A stretch of DNA of 64,000 nt from an uncultured Methanosarcinales archaeon (GTDB taxonomy: Archaea; Nanobdellota; Nanobdellia; Woesearchaeales; DSVV01), in NCBI GenBank assembly GCA_964390375.1, contig CAYMIF010000001.1, positions 45,460 to 109,459 on the forward strand, given 5' to 3'. Made by a program: the position numbers and the translations under genes. How positions within the stretch are numbered: position 1 is the first letter of the stretch; each line of letters begins with the position of its first letter. Of the stretch, positions 10,455-20,140 are shown in pieces. The notes beneath the pieces were generated by a model. It ran no database searches and was not told the origin of the DNA. It saw nothing but the letters and a program-made list of their open reading frames with translations.

Positions 10455-10715
10455 CTATCCTTTCTTGAATTCAAGGAGCAGCCTGGGCCTGTCCCTGAGG
10501 ATGTTCTCTGGCTGCACCAGGGTGAACACAACCCTGTCCTTTGCGGGGTTGAGTTCCATCTCTTTTGCGAATTTTGCCGGGATCCGCAGGTTGTACTGAC
10601 GGCCATCGAAGAATATCTTGGCTTCCTTGACACGGACCCTCTCTTTTTGCATAAGAAGCTTCTCTATCTCTGAAAAATCTTTTTTTGACATGTTTTTTTT
10701 TGTTTTTTTATCCAT
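10455..10715 (-). CDS. AbrB/SpoVT/MazE-like swapped-hairpin domain protein
   Basis: 86 aa. KIFFDGRQYNLRIPAKFAKEMELNPAKDRVVFTL resembles the AbrB-type beta-hairpin DNA-binding fold. It is the first gene of the apparent wHTH-giant protein operon. Confidence 0.4.
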   Translation of the reverse strand: MDKKTKKNMSKKDFSEIEKLLMQKERVRVKEAKIFFDGRQYNLRIPAKFAKEMELNPAKDRVVFTLVQPENILRDRPRLLLEFKKG

Positions 10716-10745
10716 TTTCGTTTATAATATTTTAATTTTTTTATA

Positions 10746-10801
10746 AAAAATAGGACGAATTAGTATATAAATGCTTTGTTTTTTACCAAAAATAGGACGA
10801 A
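10746..10801. promoter_or_regulatory. promoter region with two direct repeats of AAAAATAGGACGAA and TATA-like boxes, upstream of the AbrB-wHTH-giant-protein operon
   Basis: Exact 14-bp direct repeats at 10746-10759 and 10788-10801. TATATAA/TTTATAA motifs lie between them. The region is 30-90 bp upstream of the 10715 start. Confidence 0.35.
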
Positions 10802-10807
10802 AAATTG

Positions 10808-11749
10808 TTAACTTTTGTCTTCTTCAGAAGAATATGTGATATTTTTTTCTGAGCCTTTGTCTTTCTTCTTACTCGACAGCCAGGAAAGCGTCGTGATCAG
10901 AATAAGTCCAGCAGCTATTGATGCAAGAATAGAATAGCTTATCCTGACTGTCGCTATCATGTCCTCGCGGGTCAGTTCATCTGCTATTGCGGATGGTTCC
11001 TGGATCTCGGGGCTTGAGTCTTTTGGAATGTAGTGTTCTTGCGGATAATAATACCTGTCTATCTTAAAAAATGCTTTTTTTGCATCAATCTGTTCCAGGG
11101 TCATGATTATCTCGAATTCCTCATCATCATCGATATCAAGGTTCTTGGATTCTCCTATGCTGAATATCATCTTCTGCTGGTTCGGAATCATCAGCACCTC
11201 TGCCTGATTTTCAGACATGTTCAATATAATGAAGCTTATCTTTGAGAGATCAATCCAGTCGTGGCTGAGGACAATCTCGAATGAACTGCCTTCCTGTGCA
11301 CTGATTCGTTCTTTAGGTATTTTTGCGGATCCTTTTGATTTGCTCTCCTCCTTTTTTGCAGGGATGTCGTTGTATCTATCATCAGTAGGGTTTTTATCCA
11401 GATATTCCTGCTTTTCATTTTCTTCGAAAGGCAAAATAAGATCATAGTCTATTACTCCGCTGTCAAGATCTAATTCCTGTGTATGGTTCTCTACATACAT
11501 TATGACAGAATCGCTGTTCTGCCTGCATGAGAATGTGTAGAAATAATAATTCTTCCAAGGCCATTCTCTGCCTGTCCATGTCTGGTATGTGAAATTATAG
11601 TATGGGTAATGGATATAAAGCGTTGTGTTGTCCTTTACAGGTGCGCTGTCATTGTAGAATATCCTGCCGCGAAGGGTGCAGAAGTCAGCTGATGCATAAG
11701 AAAGCAGGGCTAAGAGCATGATTGTGAAAAGCAATGTGATCTTTTTCAT
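10808..11749 (-). CDS. hypothetical surface protein with a signal peptide and a C-terminal TM anchor
   Basis: ORF 10808..11797. The likely start is MKKITLLFTIMLLALLSYASA. The C-terminal segment IAAGLILITTLSWLSSKKKDKG is hydrophobic and then basic. The start could instead be at 11797. Confidence 0.45.
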   Translation of the reverse strand: MKKITLLFTIMLLALLSYASADFCTLRGRIFYNDSAPVKDNTTLYIHYPYYNFTYQTWTGREWPWKNYYFYTFSCRQNSDSVIMYVENHTQELDLDSGVIDYDLILPFEENEKQEYLDKNPTDDRYNDIPAKKEESKSKGSAKIPKERISAQEGSSFEIVLSHDWIDLSKISFIILNMSENQAEVLMIPNQQKMIFSIGESKNLDIDDDEEFEIIMTLEQIDAKKAFFKIDRYYYPQEHYIPKDSSPEIQEPSAIADELTREDMIATVRISYSILASIAAGLILITTLSWLSSKKKDKGSEKNITYSSEEDKS

Positions 11750-11768
11750 TTTTCTATTAATTTTCATT

Positions 11769-13289
11769 TCAAGGACCTCTGTCATATTCCCATTCATAAT
11801 CTTTATCTGTTATTCCGAAGATGAGACCTTCCCCTGGCTGCAGACAGTCAAAATCGCCGGTCCAACCGAATGGTTCAGCAAATTTCATGACGCCGTCAAA
11901 TCCCGGATCCGGCACCTTGGCAGGATTGTAGATCATCATAGTATCTCCTGTCGTTGAGTTGGGGGAGAGGAGGCTGCTAAGATTGCATTTTTTGAATGGC
12001 GAATTCCAGCCGATGCTGTTTAGCTCGACCTCTCCTGGAATCTGGGTAGAATGATAGATAGGGATGGATATGTTTCCTGTCGGGACAGTTCCTACGAATG
12101 TCAGGGTATAGTTCTGGGAGACTATTCCTAGCCAGTATGCCTTGGACACATTAATCTCCGATATCGCGCCAGACCAATAAGTCGGGCCTGCGAACCTTAT
12201 GCTTCCGTCAAATCCAGGGTCAGGAAGCTTGAATGGGTTGTATGTCATTATGGTGTCACCTGGCTTAGACCATCTGAACACGTTGTTCAGGCTCTTGTTC
12301 TTAGGTATTACCGGAAATGAAATTATGTTGAACTCAATCTCTCCTGGAATCTGGGTAGAATTGTATATCTTCATGTCAACCTTTCCTATTGTATCGTTGC
12401 CTATGAATTCAATGTTGTTCATTGTTCCTGAAACCTGATAGAATCTAGTCTTTGCTTTTGAAGCATTGTAATCTATCCACATCTGTCCTGTGAGATTGGA
12501 GATGTTGCTATTGTTATAGTAAAATCCAGCAGAAAGATTGTCTGTTATGTATATCGAATAGTTGTCAGCACCAATGTCCTGCCATGTGATTATTATACTC
12601 TTGTTGTCGTCAGCAAGCGAAGCTATTGGATGGAGCTTGTCAATCTCCAGGCATGTCGGTGTCTGAAAAGTATAGTTGAGCGAGCCTGCAACAGGGACCG
12701 GCAGCATCATCTGATAATCTGCCTGCCTGCTGTTGAATGAGGTCGTGTTTTTTTGGACCAGGGTTACGAAAACGATGTCTGTGCCCTTCTTGAGTATACC
12801 AAGACTATAATTCACTCCAGCTCCGTATGTGAATGTTGAATATAATGATATGTTAGACCCGTCTATCAGGAAAGTGTGGTTATGTATGAAAATGCTTGTT
12901 CCGGAATATGGTGAATATGCTGGAACACCAATAAGATCGTCTATGTCTGAAGGCGATGCAGGAACCAAGTCCGAGAGATTCGTTATATTCGATGAGGTCG
13001 CGAAGAGCTCCTCATAGCCGCATGTACTGATTCCAAGGTCTATATGTGTTATGTTCTGAGAAGAATAGTTGAGCAGAGCATAGTCTTTTGGATAGCTGGA
13101 AGAGATGTTTCCATAGAATCCCTTCCAGTAATATTCCTCCTGAGACTGCACGTCCACATGGCTTACGTTTCCTCCTGTTGCCGGAACCATGCCTGTCGGA
13201 GTCTTGAGAAAGCTGAGAAAGATAAGCAACGGAAATAATAATATAAGGACGGCTGTCAGGATAAATAAGATCCTCTCATCTTTTTCCAT
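11769..13289 (-). CDS. hypothetical secreted protein with an internal ~85-aa duplication
   Basis: 506 aa with an N-terminal TM or signal sequence. The repeat units are ...IYNSTQIPGEIEFN...YNPFKLPDPGFDGSIRFAGP... and ...IYHSTQIPGEVELN...YNPAKVPDPGFDGVMKFAEP.... Confidence 0.5.
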   Translation of the reverse strand: MEKDERILFILTAVLILLFPLLIFLSFLKTPTGMVPATGGNVSHVDVQSQEEYYWKGFYGNISSSYPKDYALLNYSSQNITHIDLGISTCGYEELFATSSNITNLSDLVPASPSDIDDLIGVPAYSPYSGTSIFIHNHTFLIDGSNISLYSTFTYGAGVNYSLGILKKGTDIVFVTLVQKNTTSFNSRQADYQMMLPVPVAGSLNYTFQTPTCLEIDKLHPIASLADDNKSIIITWQDIGADNYSIYITDNLSAGFYYNNSNISNLTGQMWIDYNASKAKTRFYQVSGTMNNIEFIGNDTIGKVDMKIYNSTQIPGEIEFNIISFPVIPKNKSLNNVFRWSKPGDTIMTYNPFKLPDPGFDGSIRFAGPTYWSGAISEINVSKAYWLGIVSQNYTLTFVGTVPTGNISIPIYHSTQIPGEVELNSIGWNSPFKKCNLSSLLSPNSTTGDTMMIYNPAKVPDPGFDGVMKFAEPFGWTGDFDCLQPGEGLIFGITDKDYEWEYDRGP

Positions 13290-13391
13290 TATAAGAGCTG
13301 ATTCTATTATCCTGTGTTTTTAATTTTTTCTATTCTATTTGCTGTGATCAGAAATAGGATTGAGCAGGACCTCTTTTTTCTCTGATATTCT

Positions 13392-13652
13392 TTAGTTCAG
13401 CATCCTTTTTTGGAAATCAAGCCTGTCTTTGTAGAACCTCTCCAGTTCAGTGTAAGCAGAAATCAGTTCCTGCTTGTCTATATCTTCATCAAGTGCTATC
13501 TTTTTTAGAATCTGGTTCATCTCCCTGACTGCTTCATGCATACTATCGTAGTAGTGCTCCATAACCTTTGACCGGAAAGGCTTAATTTTTCCTTGCTCAA
13601 TCTTGTGGGCTTTATCTTTCAGAACTTCTATGTGGCTTTTTATCTCTTCCAT
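13392..13652 (-). CDS. hypothetical small helical protein
   Basis: 86-aa ORF that is charged and looks coiled-coil. No motif recognised. Confidence 0.3.
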   Translation of the reverse strand: MEEIKSHIEVLKDKAHKIEQGKIKPFRSKVMEHYYDSMHEAVREMNQILKKIALDEDIDKQELISAYTELERFYKDRLDFQKRMLN

Positions 13653-13747
13653 TTTTTATCCCCCTATATTCAAAAATCTTAGGATATACTGCCATATATT
13701 TAAATATTTCAAATTTTTCCTTGAAAAAAAGAAAAATAAGCTATAAA

Positions 13748-14236
13748 ATGATAATCGGGATTATAAGCGACAGCCACAATAATATTCAGAACTTAAGAAA
13801 AGCAATAAGTCTGCTTTCTCAAAAAGGCATGGATGTGCTTGTCCATTGCGGCGACCTTTGCTCGACATCCATGGTCGAAGAGCTTGCAAGGTCAGGTGTC
13901 GTGACACATCTTGCTTACGGTAACATGGATAGGCCATCAGGCCTGAAGGCCGAGTGCGAAAGATACGGGAACGTGAACTATTCAGGAGAGATAGGGAAGA
14001 TAACTGTTGATGGGAAAAGGTTTGCATTCTGCCATTACCCGCATTCTGCGAAAAAGCTTGCTGAGAAGGGAACTTATAAGGCTGTTTTCTATGGACATAC
14101 GCATATGAAAGCAGAGAGTACTGCGGGCAATACACTTGTCCTGAATCCTGGTGAGATCGCCGGGATGCTCTATCAGCCAAGCTGCGCACTGTATGATACC
14201 GAGACCAGAAAGCCTTTGTTTCTTGATTTGGCCTGA
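13748..14236 (+). CDS. metallophosphoesterase, YfcE/MJ0936-like calcineurin-type phosphoesterase
   Basis: Motifs IGIISDSH, GDL, GNMD and GHTH are the metal-ligand signature of the small phosphodiesterase family. The start was chosen at the internal Met just before IIGIISDSH. Confidence 0.8.
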   Translation: MIIGIISDSHNNIQNLRKAISLLSQKGMDVLVHCGDLCSTSMVEELARSGVVTHLAYGNMDRPSGLKAECERYGNVNYSGEIGKITVDGKRFAFCHYPHSAKKLAEKGTYKAVFYGHTHMKAESTAGNTLVLNPGEIAGMLYQPSCALYDTETRKPLFLDLA

Positions 14237-14265
14237 TACCTGTCTCTTTTGATCCTGATGTGAAA

Positions 14266-14946
14266 TCAAATCTTTTGGAGAATGAGATAAAAGTTTCCTT
14301 TGAGTTTTTGAGAAGTTATTATTCTGAATCCAGATTCGAGACAAAGTTTTTTGAACTCCTGCTCACTGAACATGTAATAATACCTCAGATAACTCTTTTT
14401 TTTATTAAGGATGGTATAGGTGACCTTTGCAATTTTCTTGTCTTCGTGATCATCCAGGAAATTAAATTTTTTCTTCTCAATCTGCTTTTTCAGATATCCT
14501 GGTTGAGGAATCCAGACAGAAATCTGGGCTTTGCCTCTGTTGTTCAAAACACGCTTAACCTCAGATAGTGCCTTCAATTGTTCTTTTTCTGTCATCAGAT
14601 GATGCAGGGAAGCTATGCATAAAACAATGTCAAAACTGCTGTCTTTGAAATCAAGGTCAGTCATATCACAATTTTTTGTGGTAAATCCTTTTTCCTGGCA
14701 TATCTTGAGCTGCGCCTCAGAGAAATCGCAGCCTATGATTTTTTTGTATCCTAACCTTGCTGCAAGCTGCATGTGCCTGCCATTTCCGCATCCGATGTCA
14801 AGCAGAGTCTTTGCTCTACCGCTGTTTTCCTGCAGGAATCTTTTAGTCGGCTCCCAAACATAATCCCTTTTCTCCTCCCAGCTTCTACAGATCTTGTCAT
14901 AGGTTCTTTTGTTGACTGCCTTGTAATCCTTTGGGAGTTTATCCAT
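14266..14946 (-). CDS. class I SAM-dependent methyltransferase, Trm9-like (tRNA wobble-uridine methyltransferase family)
   Basis: YDKICRSWEEKRDYVWEPTKRFL (compare Trm9 YD.IA..FS.TR...W..V..FL). LDIGCGNGR is the SAM motif I. IASLHHL and RVLNNRGKAQISVW are also present. Confidence 0.6.
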   Translation of the reverse strand: MDKLPKDYKAVNKRTYDKICRSWEEKRDYVWEPTKRFLQENSGRAKTLLDIGCGNGRHMQLAARLGYKKIIGCDFSEAQLKICQEKGFTTKNCDMTDLDFKDSSFDIVLCIASLHHLMTEKEQLKALSEVKRVLNNRGKAQISVWIPQPGYLKKQIEKKKFNFLDDHEDKKIAKVTYTILNKKKSYLRYYYMFSEQEFKKLCLESGFRIITSQKLKGNFYLILQKI

Positions 14947-16375
14947 TGTTTGAGTTTAACTTGTTCTTTTTCCTGAAATGCTCAATAATGTGGGTATTGT
15001 CAAGGTCTTTTTCCCTGAATTTTTTTGACCTAAAACCCAGATCTATTATCTTTTTGAGCTCTTTATTCACAGATTCGATCGAGAAATTCCGTCTGATCGC
15101 CTTGATGTTCTGTCCTATTATCCCTGATTTGTCAGAAAATGCAAAATCCAGAGTCTTGCTGAATCCAGGTAAACTGACCAGTTCTCCGTAATCTATGTTA
15201 TCTATCAGGTTCAACTGATGGCGAAGCACATAATCCTTGAAATCATTGTCTTCTATCATTATCCTGTTATAGAAATGTTTCAGCTTCAGCCCCTTTTTTT
15301 CCAATCCAAAAACAAACTTGTCTATCTTTCTTCCTGCCAAAGCTTTTTTTGATGCCCAAGGCTCCAGGAACGTCAAGTCATATAGGTGCTCGGTGGATGT
15401 CGTGAGAATAAGCTCAGATATGGCATAGAGATCCCTTTTTTTTTGCCTGATTCCTGATGAAGTCCTATCTTTTTCTTTTACATCTTCTACATCAAAGCCT
15501 ACCACTACAGGTAGCTTCCTTTTCTTTATGTATTGTATCAGTTCTTTCGCATGCTTTGAATCCTGCGGTTCATCAGATAAAAAAGGTATCATAAGCTGCC
15601 ATGAATCATCGATAAAATTCAGTGACCTTAAGATCAATATAGATTCAGCAAAGTTCTTTTTCTTTTTGAGCGGCGTAGGATTCATGAGGATTTTCCTGTG
15701 CCTGCTGAAATTGAATCTTTTTGATTTAGAATATTTTTCAATTGATGATATAAGAAGATCGGGGTCCTTTGGCCCGGATGAATAGTAATCTAAATCTACT
15801 GGATTCGGTAATATGAAAATCCTTTCCTTTTGGATACCCATCTTGTTGAGAAGCTGCTTATCTTTAGAATTTCCGGCAAGATAGATTATGTTTTTCCATG
15901 TTGGATATGCAAGTTTCACTCCGAATGCAGGATCTGGCCTTCCAGTACAATTGGCCATCTTCTCAAGACGCTCAGAGAATCTTTCTTCAGCGAAATTATG
16001 GACATGGATCATCATCAGGAATTCCTTTTCCTCGTAGTCCCGAGCAAGTTCGAGAAGCGCCGCGCCAAGATAGCTGTTGCGAAATACATTCACATTGTGG
16101 CAATGAAGAACGCAAGGGAGCTTTAGGCTTTTCTTCATCTTTTCCTTGAGCTTTGCGGCCTCTTTTAAAAGCTGCTCCTTTGATACGAAGTTCGTGTCCT
16201 TATAACCCAGCTCCTTTATGCATATGCTTTCCACGTCATTTCTGCTGAAACTGCCCTGTGCATCTGAATAAAGAAGGCCAAGCTTATCTTTGCGACTGAA
16301 TCCAGAGAAGATATTCTCTATCACATCCTTTATGTAAGAATCCTTCATGTGGTAGTGGAGGGCATAATATCTCAT
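14939..16375 (-). CDS. hypothetical protein, possibly a glycosyltransferase-like Rossmann fold
   Basis: 478 aa. VLHCHNVN...RIFILPNPVD weakly resembles GT4-type motifs. Otherwise unassigned. Confidence 0.35.
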   Translation of the reverse strand: MRYYALHYHMKDSYIKDVIENIFSGFSRKDKLGLLYSDAQGSFSRNDVESICIKELGYKDTNFVSKEQLLKEAAKLKEKMKKSLKLPCVLHCHNVNVFRNSYLGAALLELARDYEEKEFLMMIHVHNFAEERFSERLEKMANCTGRPDPAFGVKLAYPTWKNIIYLAGNSKDKQLLNKMGIQKERIFILPNPVDLDYYSSGPKDPDLLISSIEKYSKSKRFNFSRHRKILMNPTPLKKKKNFAESILILRSLNFIDDSWQLMIPFLSDEPQDSKHAKELIQYIKKRKLPVVVGFDVEDVKEKDRTSSGIRQKKRDLYAISELILTTSTEHLYDLTFLEPWASKKALAGRKIDKFVFGLEKKGLKLKHFYNRIMIEDNDFKDYVLRHQLNLIDNIDYGELVSLPGFSKTLDFAFSDKSGIIGQNIKAIRRNFSIESVNKELKKIIDLGFRSKKFREKDLDNTHIIEHFRKKNKLNSNNG

Positions 16376-16866
16376 CAGTGCATCATAAAAATGATGGGTT
16401 TATATTGTTTTCTGTTTGGTGGATTGGTCAATTTTGCTGATAATCATCTAGGTCATTTGCTACGCCGATTTTCCGATGCCTGTGATTGAGTCTGAAGGTT
16501 TTTAGTATTGGATAAAAATCGTAACTTAGCATGCAAGCAATGGTCCTGCTTCGCAAATAATTTTTGGCCTTGAAGATGATTAGCAACTTGATTCTGACTA
16601 AACTGTGTTTGCCTGACTTGGGCCTTGTTGAAAAGCTCATGGCTTCTAGATTTAATAGCACCTGGCCAGCTCATACAGCCGAATTCCTGTTGCATCAATT
16701 TCATCAGGATCCGGTCTCTCGTCTGGGCCTTCAGGCTAAAATAGCCTCTTTTTCCAAATCCAGGGCTCGGTGCTGTTAAATCCAAGGTTAAGAGCTTTTC
16801 AACACGGCCCTGACTTGAAAAGATTTTTATTTATCTGGGCATTCCATCCTGTCCTGGGTGATAATA

Positions 16867-17385
16867 ATGAAGATAGCCATGATAATCGCAAAACAGGGAT
16901 TTCGTGATGAGGAATTTCTAGTCCCTTTTGAGTATTTTTCGAACAATGGTGCAGATGTTGATGTTGTGAGCACTGAGGCAGGTGAATGCACTGGAAAGCT
17001 GGGAGCAAAGGTCAATGCAGACCGAAGCTTTGATGATGTGGATGCAAAAGACTATGATGCAATACTGCTCGTCGGCGGACCTGGTTCTCATGAACTGGTC
17101 GGAAATCCGATGCTTGAGAAAATCATAAAGGAATCTGTCTCTTCAGGACTTATGGTCGCTGCAATATGCTTTGCTCCTATGATCCTTGGCAAGGCTGGCG
17201 TTCTTGAGGGCAAAAGGGTGACTGCCTGGAACAATGACGGTAAGCAAAAGCCGATCCTGGAACAGTCTGGAGCAGAATTCGTGGATGAGGATGTTGTGGT
17301 CGACGGCAAGCTTATCGCTGCCGACGGCCCTAAGTCAGCACAGAAATTTGCAGAGACCATATTTAGGGAAATTGAATCTGAATGA
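16867..17385 (+). CDS. DJ-1/PfpI family protein (intracellular protease/amidase-like)
   Basis: AILLVGGPG...MVAAICFAP carries the nucleophile-elbow cysteine context typical of DJ-1/PfpI. The length is about 170 aa. Confidence 0.8.
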   Translation: MKIAMIIAKQGFRDEEFLVPFEYFSNNGADVDVVSTEAGECTGKLGAKVNADRSFDDVDAKDYDAILLVGGPGSHELVGNPMLEKIIKESVSSGLMVAAICFAPMILGKAGVLEGKRVTAWNNDGKQKPILEQSGAEFVDEDVVVDGKLIAADGPKSAQKFAETIFREIESE

Positions 17386-17445
17386 ATGTGGTCATGTGGT
17401 TAAAGTTATAAATATGAGCATATCACCAGGACTGGAGGTGGTTAG

Positions 17446-18153
17446 ATGGCAAAGGCATTGTATCTGGATGATTCTTATCTGAAGGAATTTGAGGCAAAAG
17501 TAATCAGCGTGAAAGACGGGAAATTCGTGGTCCTGGACCAGACACTGTTCTATCCAAACAGCGGAGGACAACCATATGACACAGGAACACTGGTGTGCGG
17601 CGGCAAGCAATACAAAGTAGTGTTCTGCGGGAAATTCGGCGGTGAGATCAGCCACGAGGTCGATTCTTCTGGACTCAAGGAAGGTGACAATGTTGTCGGA
17701 AAGATCGATTGGGACAGAAGATACCTTTTGATGCGATATCATACTGCTGCACATGTCATATCTGGGATGTTTATGAAGAACAGCGATGCGAAGATTACAG
17801 GTAACCAGCTTGGTGTGGATAAATCGAGAATCGATTTTAATCTGGAGAACTTTGACCGTGAGCTTCTGGAGCAGCTTATCGTGAAAAGCAATGAGCTTAT
17901 CTCGCAGGACCTGCCTATAAGAGTATATGAAATGGACAGAGAAAAGGTCGAGGCGAAACCAGAGATGGTGAAACTTGCTGTGGGGCTTCCTCCTGGTATA
18001 AAAAAACTCAGGATAGTCGAGATCGATGGATTTGATGCACAGCCGGACGGAGGAACGCATGTCAGGTCGCTTTCTGAGATCGGAAAGGTAGAACTTCTTG
18101 AACTGAAGAACAAAGGAAAGAACAACAGGAGGCTTTATTTCAAGCTGTCCTGA
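17446..18153 (+). CDS. alaX: AlaX-type tRNA-editing protein (AlaRS second additional domain homologue)
   Basis: The HxxxH motif is present (RYHTAAHVISG). The second zinc motif reads QPDGGTHV, with Asp where Cys is usual. The size of 235 aa matches AlaX-M. Confidence 0.7.
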   Translation: MAKALYLDDSYLKEFEAKVISVKDGKFVVLDQTLFYPNSGGQPYDTGTLVCGGKQYKVVFCGKFGGEISHEVDSSGLKEGDNVVGKIDWDRRYLLMRYHTAAHVISGMFMKNSDAKITGNQLGVDKSRIDFNLENFDRELLEQLIVKSNELISQDLPIRVYEMDREKVEAKPEMVKLAVGLPPGIKKLRIVEIDGFDAQPDGGTHVRSLSEIGKVELLELKNKGKNNRRLYFKLS

Positions 18154-18160
18154 TGTAATA

Positions 18161-18877
18161 TCATGCTACATTTTCATAGAATATACCTGGATTTTCGACC
18201 CTGAATCTGACAATGGGCCTGCTGCCATCGTATCTATACTGTAGTTCAGGGAATTCTTTGTATACTGCCTCTTCCAGGTCAACAATCTTTGTGCTGTTCT
18301 TTTCAAAACCCAGCAGCACCGGCAGATCTGCGTTGAATCCCATGCCTGGTTCGTAGTCCTGAAGCATCTCAAACACTGGGACGAACTGGTCTGCCTGCTC
18401 TTCGAAATTGTCATACTGCAGATAGATCATGCGGTGCGGCTGCATCCTGGATACCCTGATATTGCTGTCGAAAAGTATGACTGCCATCCTGTTGAATGTC
18501 TTTGCTTTCTCTGTCTCGACACCTTTTCCGTCAGAGGGAAGGATGTTGTGGCCGACGAAGTATCTGGCTCCGACAATCTTTCCTGAATCAACCACATAGA
18601 CCTTGTTCGGAAGGGTTGTGAGGTCCCTGTCTGGTGAGAATGGGGCGGATCCTGGATCATATCCAGTTATGCCTGCAGGCGCCAATACATTGTTGATCAG
18701 GATTTCCTGGCGTTTTTTCAGCAATGGCTTTAGTTCTTCAGGTGTCTGAGTCAATGAGATTGGACAGTATGCTGCTTTTTGGTCCTCCCTTACATGCGAC
18801 AGGCCGTCAAGGTGGAGAAGGGTGTCAATATATTCCTGCCTTTGAGCCGGGTCCATCGCAACCTTTATCTTTTCCAT
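18161..18877 (-). CDS. hypothetical protein
   Basis: 238-aa ORF with no motif recognised by eye. Confidence 0.4.
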   Translation of the reverse strand: MEKIKVAMDPAQRQEYIDTLLHLDGLSHVREDQKAAYCPISLTQTPEELKPLLKKRQEILINNVLAPAGITGYDPGSAPFSPDRDLTTLPNKVYVVDSGKIVGARYFVGHNILPSDGKGVETEKAKTFNRMAVILFDSNIRVSRMQPHRMIYLQYDNFEEQADQFVPVFEMLQDYEPGMGFNADLPVLLGFEKNSTKIVDLEEAVYKEFPELQYRYDGSRPIVRFRVENPGIFYENVA

Positions 18878-18980
18878 TGTACTTACGGCAGAATGAATAC
18901 TCTGTCTTAAAGGTTTTGGTCGAAATTCCGGAAAATAATAGGTCTGGCCTGCTTAAAACCAAAATAAAATAAAAATTCCT

Positions 18981-19101
18981 AAAAATTCACTACACCGCTG
19001 CAAGCAACGGTGTATTCGGGAATTTTTTGCTTCGCACCGGAATTTTTAATCATTACTAAAAGTTATCCCCATTGCAAGCAATGGGGTAATCTTTTAGTAA
19101 T
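18981..19101. promoter_or_regulatory. two long imperfect hairpins with identical apical sequence TG-CAAG-CA in a divergent intergenic region
   Basis: Hairpin 1 is AAAAATTCAC..CACCGCTG-CAAG-CAACGGTG..GGGAATTTTT. Hairpin 2 is ATTACTAAAAG..CCCCATTG-CAAG-CAATGGGG..CTTTTAGTAAT. They lie between divergent starts at 18877 (-) and 19133 (+). Confidence 0.35.
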
Positions 19102-19132
19102 ATATTAAAGCCCTGCAGGAAGACCTATACAG

Positions 19133-20140
19133 ATGCTCAGAAGAATGCGTAGCAGGATAATCGGAAAGACCAAAACTCTTGAGCAGAGTCTTAATCCTTC
19201 CAGCCTTCGGGATGTATTCTTAAAATCATCCAAGAGCTCATTCTCTGTCTCGATGATGCTGATCAAGATGTATATACCTCTTTCTATCCTGACTATAGTC
19301 CTTAAGCAGTCTGGGCTGCTTGACAGAATCGCGCCTCTTTTTTCGCCTCTGATGGGGCTAATGGGACTTCCCGGGGATTCTGCAATCATCATGCTGTCCG
19401 GCTTTATGAACCTCTTCGGCGGGCTGGGTGCCATGGCTGCATTTGATCTCTCTTTTCGTCAGATCACTATCCTAGGGGTTGTTCTTGGGCTTTCACATGC
19501 GCTTTTTGTCGAGACAGGGGTGCTTGTGAAACTAGGGATGGCCAGGGCAAGGATCGCGCTCTTTCGGATGGCAATAGCCATATCTGCAGGAATGATCATG
19601 AACCTTGTGATGCCGTCTGATGTATCGGGGGTTGTCCTGAATCCTTATCATAATATAGCTGAATTCTCCTGGCTGAACGTGGCTCGCAGCCTTGCTTTTA
19701 CTTCATTACAGATAATTGTCGTTTTGTTTGTCCTGACCCTTGCATATGAACTGATAGTGTTGTGGAAACATGCAAAATCAATCAAGAAAAGCCTGTCTTT
19801 CATACCCAGAGCTGTGGGATTCAGCGAGAGAGCATTCGGTCCCTGGGTTGTCGGTTTCTTTGTTGGTATAGGTTACGGCGCAGGTATACTATATCACCTG
19901 ACAAGAAAAAATCAGCTTTCGCATAAAGACATATGCCTGACAACGGTTTTTCTGATCCTTGCACACGCAATAATCGAAGACACGATGCTCTTTGTTGTCC
20001 TGGGCGGCAATATCTTCTGGATTGTTATCACCAGATTGTTCATGGCTTTTTTGGTTGTCAGGCTCTTGTCTATCGGAAACATATACAAGAGATTCCTCTG
20101 GATCGGGCTTCCGAAGAAAACAAAGCCTGATAAATCGTAA
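19133..20140 (+). CDS. integral membrane protein with a nucleoside-recognition (Gate) domain, SpmA/SpmB/FeoB-C-like
   Basis: YIPLSILTIVLKQSGLLDRIAPLFSPLMGLMGLPGDSAIIMLSGFMNLFGGLGAMAAF matches the Gate-domain pattern. A second half-domain follows. Confidence 0.5.
   Translation: MLRRMRSRIIGKTKTLEQSLNPSSLRDVFLKSSKSSFSVSMMLIKMYIPLSILTIVLKQSGLLDRIAPLFSPLMGLMGLPGDSAIIMLSGFMNLFGGLGAMAAFDLSFRQITILGVVLGLSHALFVETGVLVKLGMARARIALFRMAIAISAGMIMNLVMPSDVSGVVLNPYHNIAEFSWLNVARSLAFTSLQIIVVLFVLTLAYELIVLWKHAKSIKKSLSFIPRAVGFSERAFGPWVVGFFVGIGYGAGILYHLTRKNQLSHKDICLTTVFLILAHAIIEDTMLFVVLGGNIFWIVITRLFMAFLVVRLLSIGNIYKRFLWIGLPKKTKPDKS

Noticed and set aside
17392-18125. 222-aa and 128-aa minus-strand ORFs overlapping the AlaX gene
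   Set aside because: They are fully antisense to a well-supported gene with clear catalytic motifs. Their composition is Ser/Leu-rich, which is typical of a shadow frame.
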